Counted from the first letter of the stretch, positions 10,153-18,914 are shown. The stretch is 64,000 nucleotides of DNA from an uncultured Planctomycetales bacterium (GCA_964428315.1 CAYRXT010000008.1:6140-70139), one strand, 5' to 3'. Notes: generated by a model not told the origin, from the sequence alone. Made by a program: numbers and translations.

Positions 10153-10169
10153 TGCTGAACGCTTGCCAC
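10153..10169 (-). promoter_or_regulatory. candidate sigma-54 promoter (TGGCAA-N5-CAGCA; GG and GC correctly spaced)
   Basis: Minus-strand sequence GTGGCAAGCGTTCAGCA lies about 75 nt upstream of the PEP-CTERM ATG. The -12 element deviates from TTGC. Confidence 0.3.
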
Positions 10170-10263
10170 CTGGCCCCTTTATTGCCGGCAAGATACCTCA
10201 ACCTTGCTTCTGACGGTACCGCACTGACGGTTTATGTGCTTACACAGCGGCCTTTGGCTCCGG

Positions 10264-10812
10264 TTATTTCTTCCTGCGAAGACCGGCCAGGCCGAGAAGC
10301 CCAATGCCAAGTAATGACATCGTGGCAGGCTCCGGGACTGTATCATAGCCGCTGGCCGCAAGCGTGGATTTCTTAAAAATCCAGTCGCCTTTTTTTGTGT
10401 CAATTTTCACGTTCAGCAGGCCGTCGGTCTGCAACATGGCTGTATCGATATCGAATTCCAAGTCGCTGTAATCGACCTCATTGAGCCCCCGGTATTCTCC
10501 GTCCGTCCAGACTTTGATCTTTTCATCAACCCAGTCCCATCCGAATATCCAGGGGAAATCGCCTTTGTCATCGCTCACATCCAGCGTTAAGGTCGCGGAT
10601 GTCAACACATGATCAGTCGGATTAAAACCATGGATATTGATGTCGTGCGTATAAGACAGCTTATCATTCACTTCCAGGAAAAGAAAGTCTAGAGAATAAA
10701 CGTCTTTCGGATCATAAACATCGGTGAAATCCACCGGTATGACTGCCATCGCGGTTGAACTAAAAACCAGCACAAAACCAATCATCAGGCCTAAAATGGA
10801 AATCTTTATCAT
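10264..10812 (-). CDS. PEP-CTERM domain protein (secreted exosortase substrate)
   Basis: Start refined to MIKISILGL with RBS AAAGGAGA 6 nt upstream. Signal peptide. C-terminal VPEPATMSLLGIGLLGLAGLRRKK. Confidence 0.8.
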   Translation of the reverse strand: MIKISILGLMIGFVLVFSSTAMAVIPVDFTDVYDPKDVYSLDFLFLEVNDKLSYTHDINIHGFNPTDHVLTSATLTLDVSDDKGDFPWIFGWDWVDEKIKVWTDGEYRGLNEVDYSDLEFDIDTAMLQTDGLLNVKIDTKKGDWIFKKSTLAASGYDTVPEPATMSLLGIGLLGLAGLRRKK

Positions 10813-10877
10813 CTGTTTTCTCCTTTCTAATAAGTTGTTGACATTGTCTGTTTCCATTATCGCAGTAATTTATTGGA

Positions 10878-10908
10878 GGCCATTCGGCTTGCCCTATTCC
10901 GAATGGTC
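10878..10908 (-). promoter_or_regulatory. intergenic hairpin (GGCCATTCGG ... CCGAATGGTC, 9/10-bp stem)
   Basis: Inverted repeat between the sugar transferase stop and the PEP-CTERM gene. Not followed by a U-run on either strand. Confidence 0.3.
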
Positions 10909-10989
10909 ATAATATTGAATAAATCAGCACAGATTAGAACTTCTTTGAAATTTTATTTTTATGAGAAACAGCAAAAAATGCGTTCCGAC

Positions 10990-11874
10990 TTATCTCGCGC
11001 CTTCTCCAGTGAATACCACCCGTACTGTGCGCATAACTATAAGTAAATCAGTCCAGAAATTCAGCTTATTGATATAGAACCGGTCATAGCGCACTTTTTT
11101 CTTGACGTCTTCGATTGTTTCGTCATAACGATGCCGTACCTGCGCCAAACCCGTTATGCCCGGTTTGACCATAAGACGCGTTTCATATAGAGGAATGGAC
11201 TCCCTCAGCTTGGGAATGAATTCCGGCCGTTCGGGGCGGGGCCCGATAATGCTCATTTCCCCTTTTAAGACGTTCAGGAACTGCGGGATCTCATCAATAT
11301 GGGCTTTGCGAAGGAAATTCCCGATGGGGATAAGTCGGCTGTCGTTTGCCAGAGCCCATACCGGTCCGGTTTCTTTTTCCGCGTCCGTTTTCATAGTACG
11401 GAATTTAATGATTTCAAAAAGCTTGCCGTCCTTCCCGACCCGTGTCTGTGAAAAAAAGACGGGGCCTCTTGACGTCATCTTGATGGCCAGGGCGACGAGC
11501 AGGCACAGCGGCGAAAGGATGACTAAAGCCGTCAACGATCCGATGATATCGAACAACCGTTTTGCCCTATCATAGGTCCGCTGAATAAAACGGAAAACCA
11601 TTCCCATCAGTCCGCTGGCAAACAAGACCAAAGATGATGGTTCCGGCGCCCGGGATTCATTCGAGGCGTTCGAACCCCGGGATGACATTTCCACAGGATA
11701 CGCCGCGTCCATAGGTTTTACTAACGATATGGTCGCCCACGCAGTGCCCACACAAAGGCCGCCGATAATCAAGAGGCTCATGAGCACCGTTAATCGGCCG
11801 AATTTCTTTAGATATTGTGCATTTCTTTTCATAATGAAAGCGTTTGCGGAAAGCGTTTTGTTTAGTCTCAACAA
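10990..11874 (-). CDS. polyprenyl-phosphate sugar phosphotransferase (small PglC/WbaP C-terminal-domain type) with in-frame signal-peptide plus PEP-CTERM-like N-terminal extension
   Basis: Catalytic region KRLFDIIGSLTALVILSPL...GPVFFSQTRVGKDGKLFEIIKFRTM. The N-terminal 95 codons read MKRNAQYLKKFGRLTVLMSLLIIGGLCVGTAWA...RAPEPSSLVLFASGLMGMVFRFIQRTYDRAKR. The first codon of the ORF is TTG. In-frame ATGs lie at 11832, 11781 and about 11601. Confidence 0.8.
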   Translation of the reverse strand: MLRLNKTLSANAFIMKRNAQYLKKFGRLTVLMSLLIIGGLCVGTAWATISLVKPMDAAYPVEMSSRGSNASNESRAPEPSSLVLFASGLMGMVFRFIQRTYDRAKRLFDIIGSLTALVILSPLCLLVALAIKMTSRGPVFFSQTRVGKDGKLFEIIKFRTMKTDAEKETGPVWALANDSRLIPIGNFLRKAHIDEIPQFLNVLKGEMSIIGPRPERPEFIPKLRESIPLYETRLMVKPGITGLAQVRHRYDETIEDVKKKVRYDRFYINKLNFWTDLLIVMRTVRVVFTGEGAR

Positions 11875-11885
11875 TCATTATAGTA

Positions 11886-11900
11886 GCAATAAACGTGCCA
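11886..11900 (-). promoter_or_regulatory. sigma-54 promoter, full consensus CTGGCACG-N4-TTGCT
   Basis: Minus-strand sequence AATCCTGGCACGTTTATTGCTACTA. The predicted TSS is about 11875, immediately upstream of the sugar-transferase/PEP-CTERM ORF. Confidence 0.65.
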
Positions 11901-12040
11901 GGATTAAGGCGAATTGGCGAAGAACAGGTTAAGACCATAACCATTTGAAGTTAAAAGATTAATATATATTTAGGTGAACACTTATAGTATGACAAGATAA
12001 GACATTTCTAGACAAATACGGACATACCCGGAAATCATTT

Positions 12041-12058
12041 TGTTGAAATATTTCAACA
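12041..12058. promoter_or_regulatory. perfect 18-bp palindrome TGTTGAAATATTTCAACA (candidate enhancer-binding-protein UAS or operator)
   Basis: Lies about 150 bp upstream of the sigma-54 -24 element, the typical UAS distance. Confidence 0.4.
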
Positions 12059-12311
12059 TGTTGACCGGCATCATCAAGATGTACAATGAATCATCACTGT
12101 CCCAGCCAAGGTGTTATTCGCGCCGAATAGGCTCCCGTGGTGCCGCAAGCGGGAATCCATGAAGGGCAAAAATGGATCCCCGCTTAAAGCATGCCGGGAT
12201 GACAGATTCTTACAGGCATGCGGGGATGGCATGATCCTTTGTTTAGCCCACATTCCATCCGCGACAATTCGATCCTTATTTGGACATGAGTGTATAAATC
12301 AAAATCTGAAC

Positions 12312-12947
12312 TTAAGGCAGAAATTCATAAAGGAAGGGAACAATTTTTTGAATAAACGACCGGATAGTCTGCAACGTTTCTTCTTCATTATTGCCCATCT
12401 CCGAGGAGACACGGATCAGGGCACTGCTTGTTGACCGGCCGGTCAAGGCGTTGAGCGCCAGCAGTCCCTGCTGTTTCCAGTAATTCGAAGTGAATCTGTC
12501 CCGACCCGCCTTGAACCAGTAAAAGGAAAACTGCTTCTCTTCACCGAGCGTCAATTCAAGATTGTTGGCCGTGATAGACTTGTCCGAACCAGCCAGGTCG
12601 ATGCTTTCTTTGGTGTTTTTGAGAATGGTCGCCCCCCCGCCCGTGTAGCAGATTTCCGGAGGATGCGACACCTTCCGGTTTTCCCCGGAATAAACAATAA
12701 AGAGAAACACCTTTTTGCCGTTATGCCGGTTGGTATATTCCCGGATAAAAACATTGCGTGTTTCCAGGATTTCGTATTCGCGTTCGGAGATAGGCAGGTC
12801 CCTCGCCTCCCAGGGGCCGATTTCTTTTGGAAAATCATGGAGTATGACAGCCTCACGGTCGTTATAGGTCCGGAAATACCTCGACCATCCGAACAGGCCG
12901 CATGCCAGGATGAGCGAGATCAACACAAAATAACGAAAACCCTTCAT
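12312..12947 (-). CDS. exosortase-associated EpsI family protein
   Basis: Start refined to MKGFRYFVLISLILACGLFGW. VSHPPEICY motif resembles the EpsI HSPExC signature. Directly downstream of the exosortase with a 5-nt gap. Confidence 0.7.
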   Translation of the reverse strand: MKGFRYFVLISLILACGLFGWSRYFRTYNDREAVILHDFPKEIGPWEARDLPISEREYEILETRNVFIREYTNRHNGKKVFLFIVYSGENRKVSHPPEICYTGGGATILKNTKESIDLAGSDKSITANNLELTLGEEKQFSFYWFKAGRDRFTSNYWKQQGLLALNALTGRSTSSALIRVSSEMGNNEEETLQTIRSFIQKIVPFLYEFLP

Positions 12948-12952
12948 GGCGT

Positions 12953-13819
12953 TCACTCCATTATTTTCATCAGCGAATACAAAAGCACGAAAGCCAGCGC
13001 GAAGACGAGAAAACCGGACAGGTCGTGGATAAAGCCTTCGGCCCTCTCCGGTCCCCATATCTCGCTTACCGACGCCAGGAATACGACGCGGAAGACATTG
13101 GTGGCGATCGCGATCGGCACGGTTGAGATAAAAAGCGTGAGCCTTTTCAAGAGCCGTGACTTCATCCAATAGGCGAAAATCGCCCCTAGGGCCGCAAGGG
13201 ATATCAGGGAACGCAGTCCGCTGCAGACATCGTCGACAACGACAAAAGCGTGCCTCATTCTGATGATGCTTCCCTCACGAATGGCGGGGATGCGGATGCT
13301 GTTCAGCGCCTCTGTGGAGATCTGCGCCGCCAGGAGTTTCATTTGGAAACTGATGTTGGTTATCACGACCATCGGTACGGGGATCATGAACATGAGAAAC
13401 AAGACAGGAAATAGGATGAGACGGAAGACCGCCGTGCCGTAAAACAGAAGGACCATCCCGACGATCACCATCAGCATGGACCACGCCGCGGTGAAATAGA
13501 TCCGGAATACGGCGCTGGCCGCGTAGACCAGGAGCCCGGATAAAACAAATCCCCATGCCCAGCGCGAGGGCACAAAGCGCGCTTTGGCCAGCTCGTCCTT
13601 TTTTTGCCATATCAAAAAGGCCGTAACAAAGGGGATGAGGATGCCGTGGCTGTAATAGGAGTCGCGCGCGAACCAGCGCTCCCACATCCACTCGAGGACC
13701 GGGGCGTACGCCGCCAGAAATACAAGGCCGGCGGCCACAGGCCCGGCATGGGCTTTGGCTATATCCTTGACATTCATTATAGTATCAGCAAATTTAACAT
13801 AATTCGTGTTAGGCATCAA
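12953..13819 (-). CDS. exosortase (XrtA/EpsH-like)
   Basis: Eight-TM protein with YSHGILIP, DDVCSGLRSL (catalytic Cys) and ATNVFRV (Arg) signature motifs. Confidence 0.85.
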   Translation of the reverse strand: MMPNTNYVKFADTIMNVKDIAKAHAGPVAAGLVFLAAYAPVLEWMWERWFARDSYYSHGILIPFVTAFLIWQKKDELAKARFVPSRWAWGFVLSGLLVYAASAVFRIYFTAAWSMLMVIVGMVLLFYGTAVFRLILFPVLFLMFMIPVPMVVITNISFQMKLLAAQISTEALNSIRIPAIREGSIIRMRHAFVVVDDVCSGLRSLISLAALGAIFAYWMKSRLLKRLTLFISTVPIAIATNVFRVVFLASVSEIWGPERAEGFIHDLSGFLVFALAFVLLYSLMKIME

Positions 13820-13837
13820 GCCCGTTAGTCGTGTGCG

Positions 13838-16528
13838 TTAGTTTTGCCTTTTCATGATGGCGAACTCATCGATCCAGAAATGGGCCCCCTTTTCAGCGTT
13901 CCCGTCGGTGTGAAACTGGATCGCCGAAAGGTAGTCCGTCATAGCGAGAACGCTGCGCACGCCTCCGGCGGCGTCGAAGACGAGTTCATGCCATTGACCG
14001 TCGTCGCTGAGCTGCAGTTTGTCCTTGGCCAGGGCGCCGGCACACCGATACCCCCTCGTCCCTCCCAGACAGATCCAGTCGCCAAACCCCGTCCGAGCCC
14101 TTAAGCCCACCGGCGTGTTTTGCGGGATGCGGTAGGCGAATTTCACGAAGGGGTAGTCCCGCAGATGCCATGCGTTGATATTCACGCCGGCGGTTAGGTC
14201 CGATCCCGCGAATTTACCGGTGACCTTGAGCGCCCGGCCGTTTCTTCCGGATTCGACGATATCAAAACGGGCGTCTCCCTGGGAAGTGAACATCCCCTGC
14301 GATTTTTCGAAGCCGGCATAAAACAAAATGTCCTTACCCGCTGCCCGTTTTTCTTCGGGCAGTTCGGACAGGACGTTTCCCTTCCAGAGAGGAGAATCGT
14401 CAACGTAACCCAGGAAGTGGCCACTGGAGCGGTAATTCTGATTGAAATGTTTTTGGGAATTCAGGAAGGCTTCGGACACGCCGCGCTCGAAGACCTTCAT
14501 CCCGATCACATAGTAATCCTCGCGCTCATAACCGCTGATCAGATGACCGTAACCGAAGGCGTGGACGACCAGGAGATTCAGATCCGGCGAGCCTTCGGAG
14601 TTGGCATAATTGTCGGACGTCATATAGCGGAACGAATCGCCCCTGGCGACCAGGCCTTCCCTTATCATCCAGTCAAGGGCGCGGAACAGGGAATCCGCCG
14701 CGATCCTGTTATGCGTTAACCGGTGAAGTTTAACAACTGGCTCGAGGAGAATACCCGTCATGAAAGGCGACCCCCCGTATTCATCAGGTCTCGCGCCTTC
14801 GTCGGGATCATGGGCGTAAAGGTTGTGGATAAACCCTCCCCGGTCCGGCCACTGGATCTGCGTGAGATAAAGATGCTCCATGTATTGTTCAGCGGCTTTG
14901 AGATACGCCGTGTCCTGCGATATTTCATAATAGGACAGAACACCGAGAAACGGAAAGGCATAACGCCGTTCGGTCCAAAAATTCGTGCGGCCTTTTTCAT
15001 AAAAAGCGTCTTCAGGAGGAAAATGTGTTTTTAAATAATCCGCCATGTATCCGGCAACCTCCAGCGATCGCGGGTCTCCCGTCAGAAGATAGTCGTCGGC
15101 CAGGGCCTGCACATAGACGTATCGGGGTTCCCTGCCGGCCGTGCTCCGTCCCCTCTCAGAGCCGTCGAGAACGATTTGATTCTCACGGTAAAAAATGAGT
15201 TCCTTCCTGGCAGCCAGAAAATAATCCAGGTTCCCCGAGCGCGCGTAAAACTGGTAGTAGACGTGCGGTGTGGAATAGTAGCCATCTTTACGGACGTCAC
15301 CGGTCCTTTCTTTTTCGGAAAGACGGGGGAAATACCGTTCGATGTGCTGATCGTAAACAGCGGCCGGGCCACGGACTTTCCGGCGGATGGCCTTTTGCCG
15401 CTCAAGCTCCCTCATTTCCGACGCGGAGAGATCGCTTTGACCGGCCTTATCTTCCGGCGCGGGCGTATAACTCATGGGGCGCTGGGCGCCTGTAACCTCG
15501 GAACCGCAAAGCCATTCAGCCGGCAGGACGATAAAACCTTCGGGCAGGTCCCAACGCGGTTCCTGCACCGGAAGGGATTCCAAACCGCGTCTTTCCCCCC
15601 ATTCCATTGTCACATATTCATAAAAACGCGGAACGTCATAGGAAAACTGGACGAGAAGGGAGCGGATAGAATTGTCCCGGGGCCATCGGGCCAGAACGCG
15701 CACGGCAACGGGGATCTCTTTTCCTGCGGCATCGAGGAAACGGACCATCCGGTCTGATGTGAGCTGTCCGGGACCGAAAGGGATCCCGGTTGAAACCAAG
15801 ACAGAATCGCCCTTAGTTTTTTTCAATTTGGCGACGGGTACCTTGATACGTCCCTCTTTGGGCAGCTGATTTTGAGGCGGCATTTTGGCCAGGCGTATGC
15901 TGAGAGTTTGTTTATCCGTATCCGTTTTTGCGGCCGGCGCGATTGTATGCGGAGTAGAAATTGGTCCGGCGTCTTCTTTATACACCTCCCTCTCCTGTCG
16001 CACGAGCCGCAGGTTGTCGAAAAACAGGGTGAAGCTTTTGTCCGGTTTCTTGAGGAAGAAGACCACAAACCGGATATGAGAGGCATTAATTTTCCGTGCG
16101 ATCTCTGACCGGTCAACACTGAGGCTGTTCATGCCCGGCTTTAAAATTCGGGAAGTCTGCGCCCGTTTACGGTTGTTATCGTCAAGCCTGATGTAGAGTT
16201 CCAGGTCTTCCTGCCTGGGATTGTAGACATCCAAAGCAAGAGATGCATATTCCCCCCAGTTTTGAGGAAGTTTTTTGGTGTTAATGCTGGGCCAGTCGTC
16301 CTTGGGGAATTCGGCCTTCAAGGCATAACGCCCCTGCGTCACATGGTCCTTGGACAATTCCAGAGCAAAGCCTTGTTCCGGTGATGTGTCCCAGACCTTG
16401 ACATCTTCAAAATCCGAGAGAAGACGCGCTGTTCCTGCGCCTTCTTTTCCGTCGTCACCGGTCAGGCTCATCAACAGAGCACCGGCGCAGATAATGACCA
16501 GTATCGGTATCCATTTTTTTAAACCCAT
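13838..16528 (-). CDS. large secreted protein, unknown function (possible alpha/alpha-toroid polysaccharide lyase or hydrolase with beta-sandwich modules)
   Basis: Start refined to MGLKKWIPILVIICAGALLMS with RBS GAGGTG and a signal peptide. No PEP-CTERM. Immediately upstream of the exosortase in the same operon. Confidence 0.55.
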   Translation of the reverse strand: MGLKKWIPILVIICAGALLMSLTGDDGKEGAGTARLLSDFEDVKVWDTSPEQGFALELSKDHVTQGRYALKAEFPKDDWPSINTKKLPQNWGEYASLALDVYNPRQEDLELYIRLDDNNRKRAQTSRILKPGMNSLSVDRSEIARKINASHIRFVVFFLKKPDKSFTLFFDNLRLVRQEREVYKEDAGPISTPHTIAPAAKTDTDKQTLSIRLAKMPPQNQLPKEGRIKVPVAKLKKTKGDSVLVSTGIPFGPGQLTSDRMVRFLDAAGKEIPVAVRVLARWPRDNSIRSLLVQFSYDVPRFYEYVTMEWGERRGLESLPVQEPRWDLPEGFIVLPAEWLCGSEVTGAQRPMSYTPAPEDKAGQSDLSASEMRELERQKAIRRKVRGPAAVYDQHIERYFPRLSEKERTGDVRKDGYYSTPHVYYQFYARSGNLDYFLAARKELIFYRENQIVLDGSERGRSTAGREPRYVYVQALADDYLLTGDPRSLEVAGYMADYLKTHFPPEDAFYEKGRTNFWTERRYAFPFLGVLSYYEISQDTAYLKAAEQYMEHLYLTQIQWPDRGGFIHNLYAHDPDEGARPDEYGGSPFMTGILLEPVVKLHRLTHNRIAADSLFRALDWMIREGLVARGDSFRYMTSDNYANSEGSPDLNLLVVHAFGYGHLISGYEREDYYVIGMKVFERGVSEAFLNSQKHFNQNYRSSGHFLGYVDDSPLWKGNVLSELPEEKRAAGKDILFYAGFEKSQGMFTSQGDARFDIVESGRNGRALKVTGKFAGSDLTAGVNINAWHLRDYPFVKFAYRIPQNTPVGLRARTGFGDWICLGGTRGYRCAGALAKDKLQLSDDGQWHELVFDAAGGVRSVLAMTDYLSAIQFHTDGNAEKGAHFWIDEFAIMKRQN

Positions 16529-16532
16529 AAAA

Positions 16533-17642
16533 TCACCTCGATTCAATACGACTATGTATTTTATAATCCCTGAATCCGCCGGGATCACCGTTTTGGCCGG
16601 CCTCGGCGGCCTTGATGATGTTCACCATTTCCCTGGCGGTGACATAGTGAAGACGGAATCGGATTCCGTCGTCGTATCCCGCGCAAAGATATCTGTGCAT
16701 TTCCTCAATGGGGCCTTTGAGAAGCACCCCCCGGTTTTCCTCTGTCGCGCCGTGGGTATGGACCTTGATGAATATCCAATCGTCACGGCCGGCGACCCGG
16801 ATCATACAGCGCGCCCAAAGGTCAACGCGGTTTGCGTCCGGTGGGTTGAAAGCCGATATCTCTCCGTTTTCGATCCGGGGAAAGAGACCGAATTTCCTTT
16901 TATTCCAGTTCAGTGCCAGCGGCCCCTGAACCAACAGTAGCGCCGAGTCCACAGCGCTCATTCCTTCGGCGCATTCCACACCGTCGTTATGGGATTTGGG
17001 CGCGTTCTCATTGTTGTGGACGTCGTAGTACAGGCTGTTGATGGTCCTGGTCTGTGTCTCGCTGGGCGCCGAAGGCATGGTGAAATCTGCGTAACACCCT
17101 TCATCCTTGAGGATCGAGGTTTCGTTGTTGACGCCGCACCACCGGCCGTCCCTGCGTGAATTGTTGAGACTCCAGTTGCCATGTATGAAGCCGAAACGGA
17201 TCTCCCCGGTTGTCTTGTCCGCCCCCAAAAGTCCGTGACGGGAGAAATTTTTCTTGGCCAGACGGATCTTCTGACGGAAAGAGCGGGCGTTGTCGCCGTC
17301 GTGGTGCAGATGGATTTCCACCTCTCCATAACCCCTTCGGCACAGGTCGGCCAGACGTTCCAGATGTCCGGCGTTATACGTTTCTGCCGGGTAGAAAAAG
17401 GTGTGCCGGGGATGCCGGCCGTCGCCGTCAAAAAACCTGTCGGCCATGGACGGGTACCGCTCTGTCCAGGCTTTGACGCGCTCGAGCTGCTGCTCCGGAC
17501 CGGCCCTGTTCCAGTCCGGTTCAAAGTGGTCCGCGAGACAGAACATGACATGCGCGGGCCGGGCTGGATGTTCCCGTCTTCTCAGACGCGCGAGCTGCTG
17601 CCGGATATATGCCGGAAGCCAGATGTGGGTGTTTTTGAACAT
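16533..17642 (-). CDS. hypothetical protein, possibly a divergent polysaccharide deacetylase or carbohydrate esterase-like enzyme
   Basis: His-rich motifs (EIHLHHDGD, KVHTHG) and an FCLADHFEP segment. Family assignment is weak. Confidence 0.4.
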   Translation of the reverse strand: MFKNTHIWLPAYIRQQLARLRRREHPARPAHVMFCLADHFEPDWNRAGPEQQLERVKAWTERYPSMADRFFDGDGRHPRHTFFYPAETYNAGHLERLADLCRRGYGEVEIHLHHDGDNARSFRQKIRLAKKNFSRHGLLGADKTTGEIRFGFIHGNWSLNNSRRDGRWCGVNNETSILKDEGCYADFTMPSAPSETQTRTINSLYYDVHNNENAPKSHNDGVECAEGMSAVDSALLLVQGPLALNWNKRKFGLFPRIENGEISAFNPPDANRVDLWARCMIRVAGRDDWIFIKVHTHGATEENRGVLLKGPIEEMHRYLCAGYDDGIRFRLHYVTAREMVNIIKAAEAGQNGDPGGFRDYKIHSRIESR

Positions 17643-17750
17643 AGTATACTTTTTTATTTTTTAAATGATAATCGATGCAATCAGCGTTCCCCTTTGCAGG
17701 ACGGGCATGCCGCAAAAATCCATCATCGATCGGCTCTTGTCCATCCTCCC

Positions 17751-18911
17751 TCACCTCTCCGTCCTATTCCATTTCACGTTGTGTTTTCCCGTCAAGTACA
17801 TCCCCAGTCCCAGCAAAAGAGCGATGTTCATGGAGACAAAATAGTAGCACAGGCTGAAAAAACGTATATGCCGGCCGGACCAGGACAGGATTTGGCCGAT
17901 AATGGCCGAAATATAGAACATGCACTGGACGAGGAAAATCAGTGCATACAAAGGATGCTTGATCAAGAGAGCGTTGGTCATGAACGCCGCGATAAGAAAA
18001 AGCGGCGCGAACCAGCGCAGGACCTTGTGCGACCAGAACGCGAAAGCCGGAAATCCGCGCATAGGGTTAAGCAGGGATTTGAGCATGCCCAGCGACTGGA
18101 AGTCGCCGGCGCCGATACGGATTCGCCGCTTCTTTTCCTGAATGATATGGGCGGCCGCTTCCTCGGTGGCGAAGGCCTGGGGTTCGTAGACGACCCGGTA
18201 GCCCTTTTCCATGATCTTCATAGGAAGGACAAAATCCTCGACGATCGTGTCCGGGGGGCAGCGTTCGAAAAGGCTTTTGTGAATGGCGTAGATCGCGCCG
18301 TTGGCGCCGAGGAGCGCGCCGTGGCTGCCTTCGATCCTTTTTAAGAACGTCTCGAAGCGCCAGTAGATCCCTTCCAGTTCGCCCGTCCTGCTCCCTTCGG
18401 CGTTGACGAATTCCAGCGCCCCGCACACCGCGCCGACTTCTTCATCCGAAAAATTGCGGACGAGTTTTTTTATGGCGCCGGGAGCGAAGATCGTGTTCGC
18501 GTCGCTGAAGACAATGATCTCTTTTCGGGCCTGCTCCACGGCCTCATTGAGGACGTTAACCTTGCCCCGGCGTCTCGGGAAATCCAGGAGACGGACACCG
18601 CTGGACTCATAGGAACGGGTGATCTCTGCCGTCTTGTCCGTCGAGCCATCCGAGGCGATGATGACCTCCATCTTGTCCTGCGGGTAGTCCAGTTTGAGGC
18701 AGTTCTCGATTTTGCGGCCGATGACCTTTTCTTCGTTGTAAGCCGCTATAATGATGGTGACCCCGGGCTCGAATGGCCTGAACTGCCGGGTCCGGCTCCG
18801 GTTGAATTTATCGATGAAAAGCAGGATAAGCGGATAGACGGCATAGGAGTAGATCAGGCAAAACGCGCTGACCCAAAACAAGACCTGTATCATCGAAAAC
18901 ACGCGCGGCAT
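17751..18911 (-). CDS. membrane-bound family 2 glycosyltransferase (cellulose-synthase-like GT2)
   Basis: TIIIAAYNEE, DGSTD, FSDAN(T) and QxxRW-like region, with N- and C-terminal TM helices. Confidence 0.85.
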   Translation of the reverse strand: MPRVFSMIQVLFWVSAFCLIYSYAVYPLILLFIDKFNRSRTRQFRPFEPGVTIIIAAYNEEKVIGRKIENCLKLDYPQDKMEVIIASDGSTDKTAEITRSYESSGVRLLDFPRRRGKVNVLNEAVEQARKEIIVFSDANTIFAPGAIKKLVRNFSDEEVGAVCGALEFVNAEGSRTGELEGIYWRFETFLKRIEGSHGALLGANGAIYAIHKSLFERCPPDTIVEDFVLPMKIMEKGYRVVYEPQAFATEEAAAHIIQEKKRRIRIGAGDFQSLGMLKSLLNPMRGFPAFAFWSHKVLRWFAPLFLIAAFMTNALLIKHPLYALIFLVQCMFYISAIIGQILSWSGRHIRFFSLCYYFVSMNIALLLGLGMYLTGKHNVKWNRTER

Positions 18912-18914
18912 GGT

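Noticed and set aside
9882-10169. 95-aa minus-strand ORF overlapping the mini PEP-CTERM gene in another frame
   Set aside because: It is Arg-rich with no features. The PEP-CTERM frame has a clear signal peptide and sorting signal.
10176-10191. Plus-strand TGGCCC-N5-TTGCC sigma-54-like element
   Set aside because: It points into the antisense of the PEP-CTERM gene with no plus-strand gene downstream. Likely a chance match.
10813-10857. Upstream extension METDNVNNLLERRKQ of the second PEP-CTERM gene
   Set aside because: A strong RBS (AAAGGAGA) sits 6 nt before the internal ATG at 10812, and the signal peptide begins there. The extension is probably not translated.
11657-11944. Alternative-frame 73-95-aa Cys-containing ORF (MIVETKQNAFRKRF...PLCGHC...) overlapping the sugar-transferase 5' region
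   Set aside because: The other frame encodes a textbook signal peptide plus PEP-CTERM and continues into the transferase domain. The alternative frame has no recognisable features.
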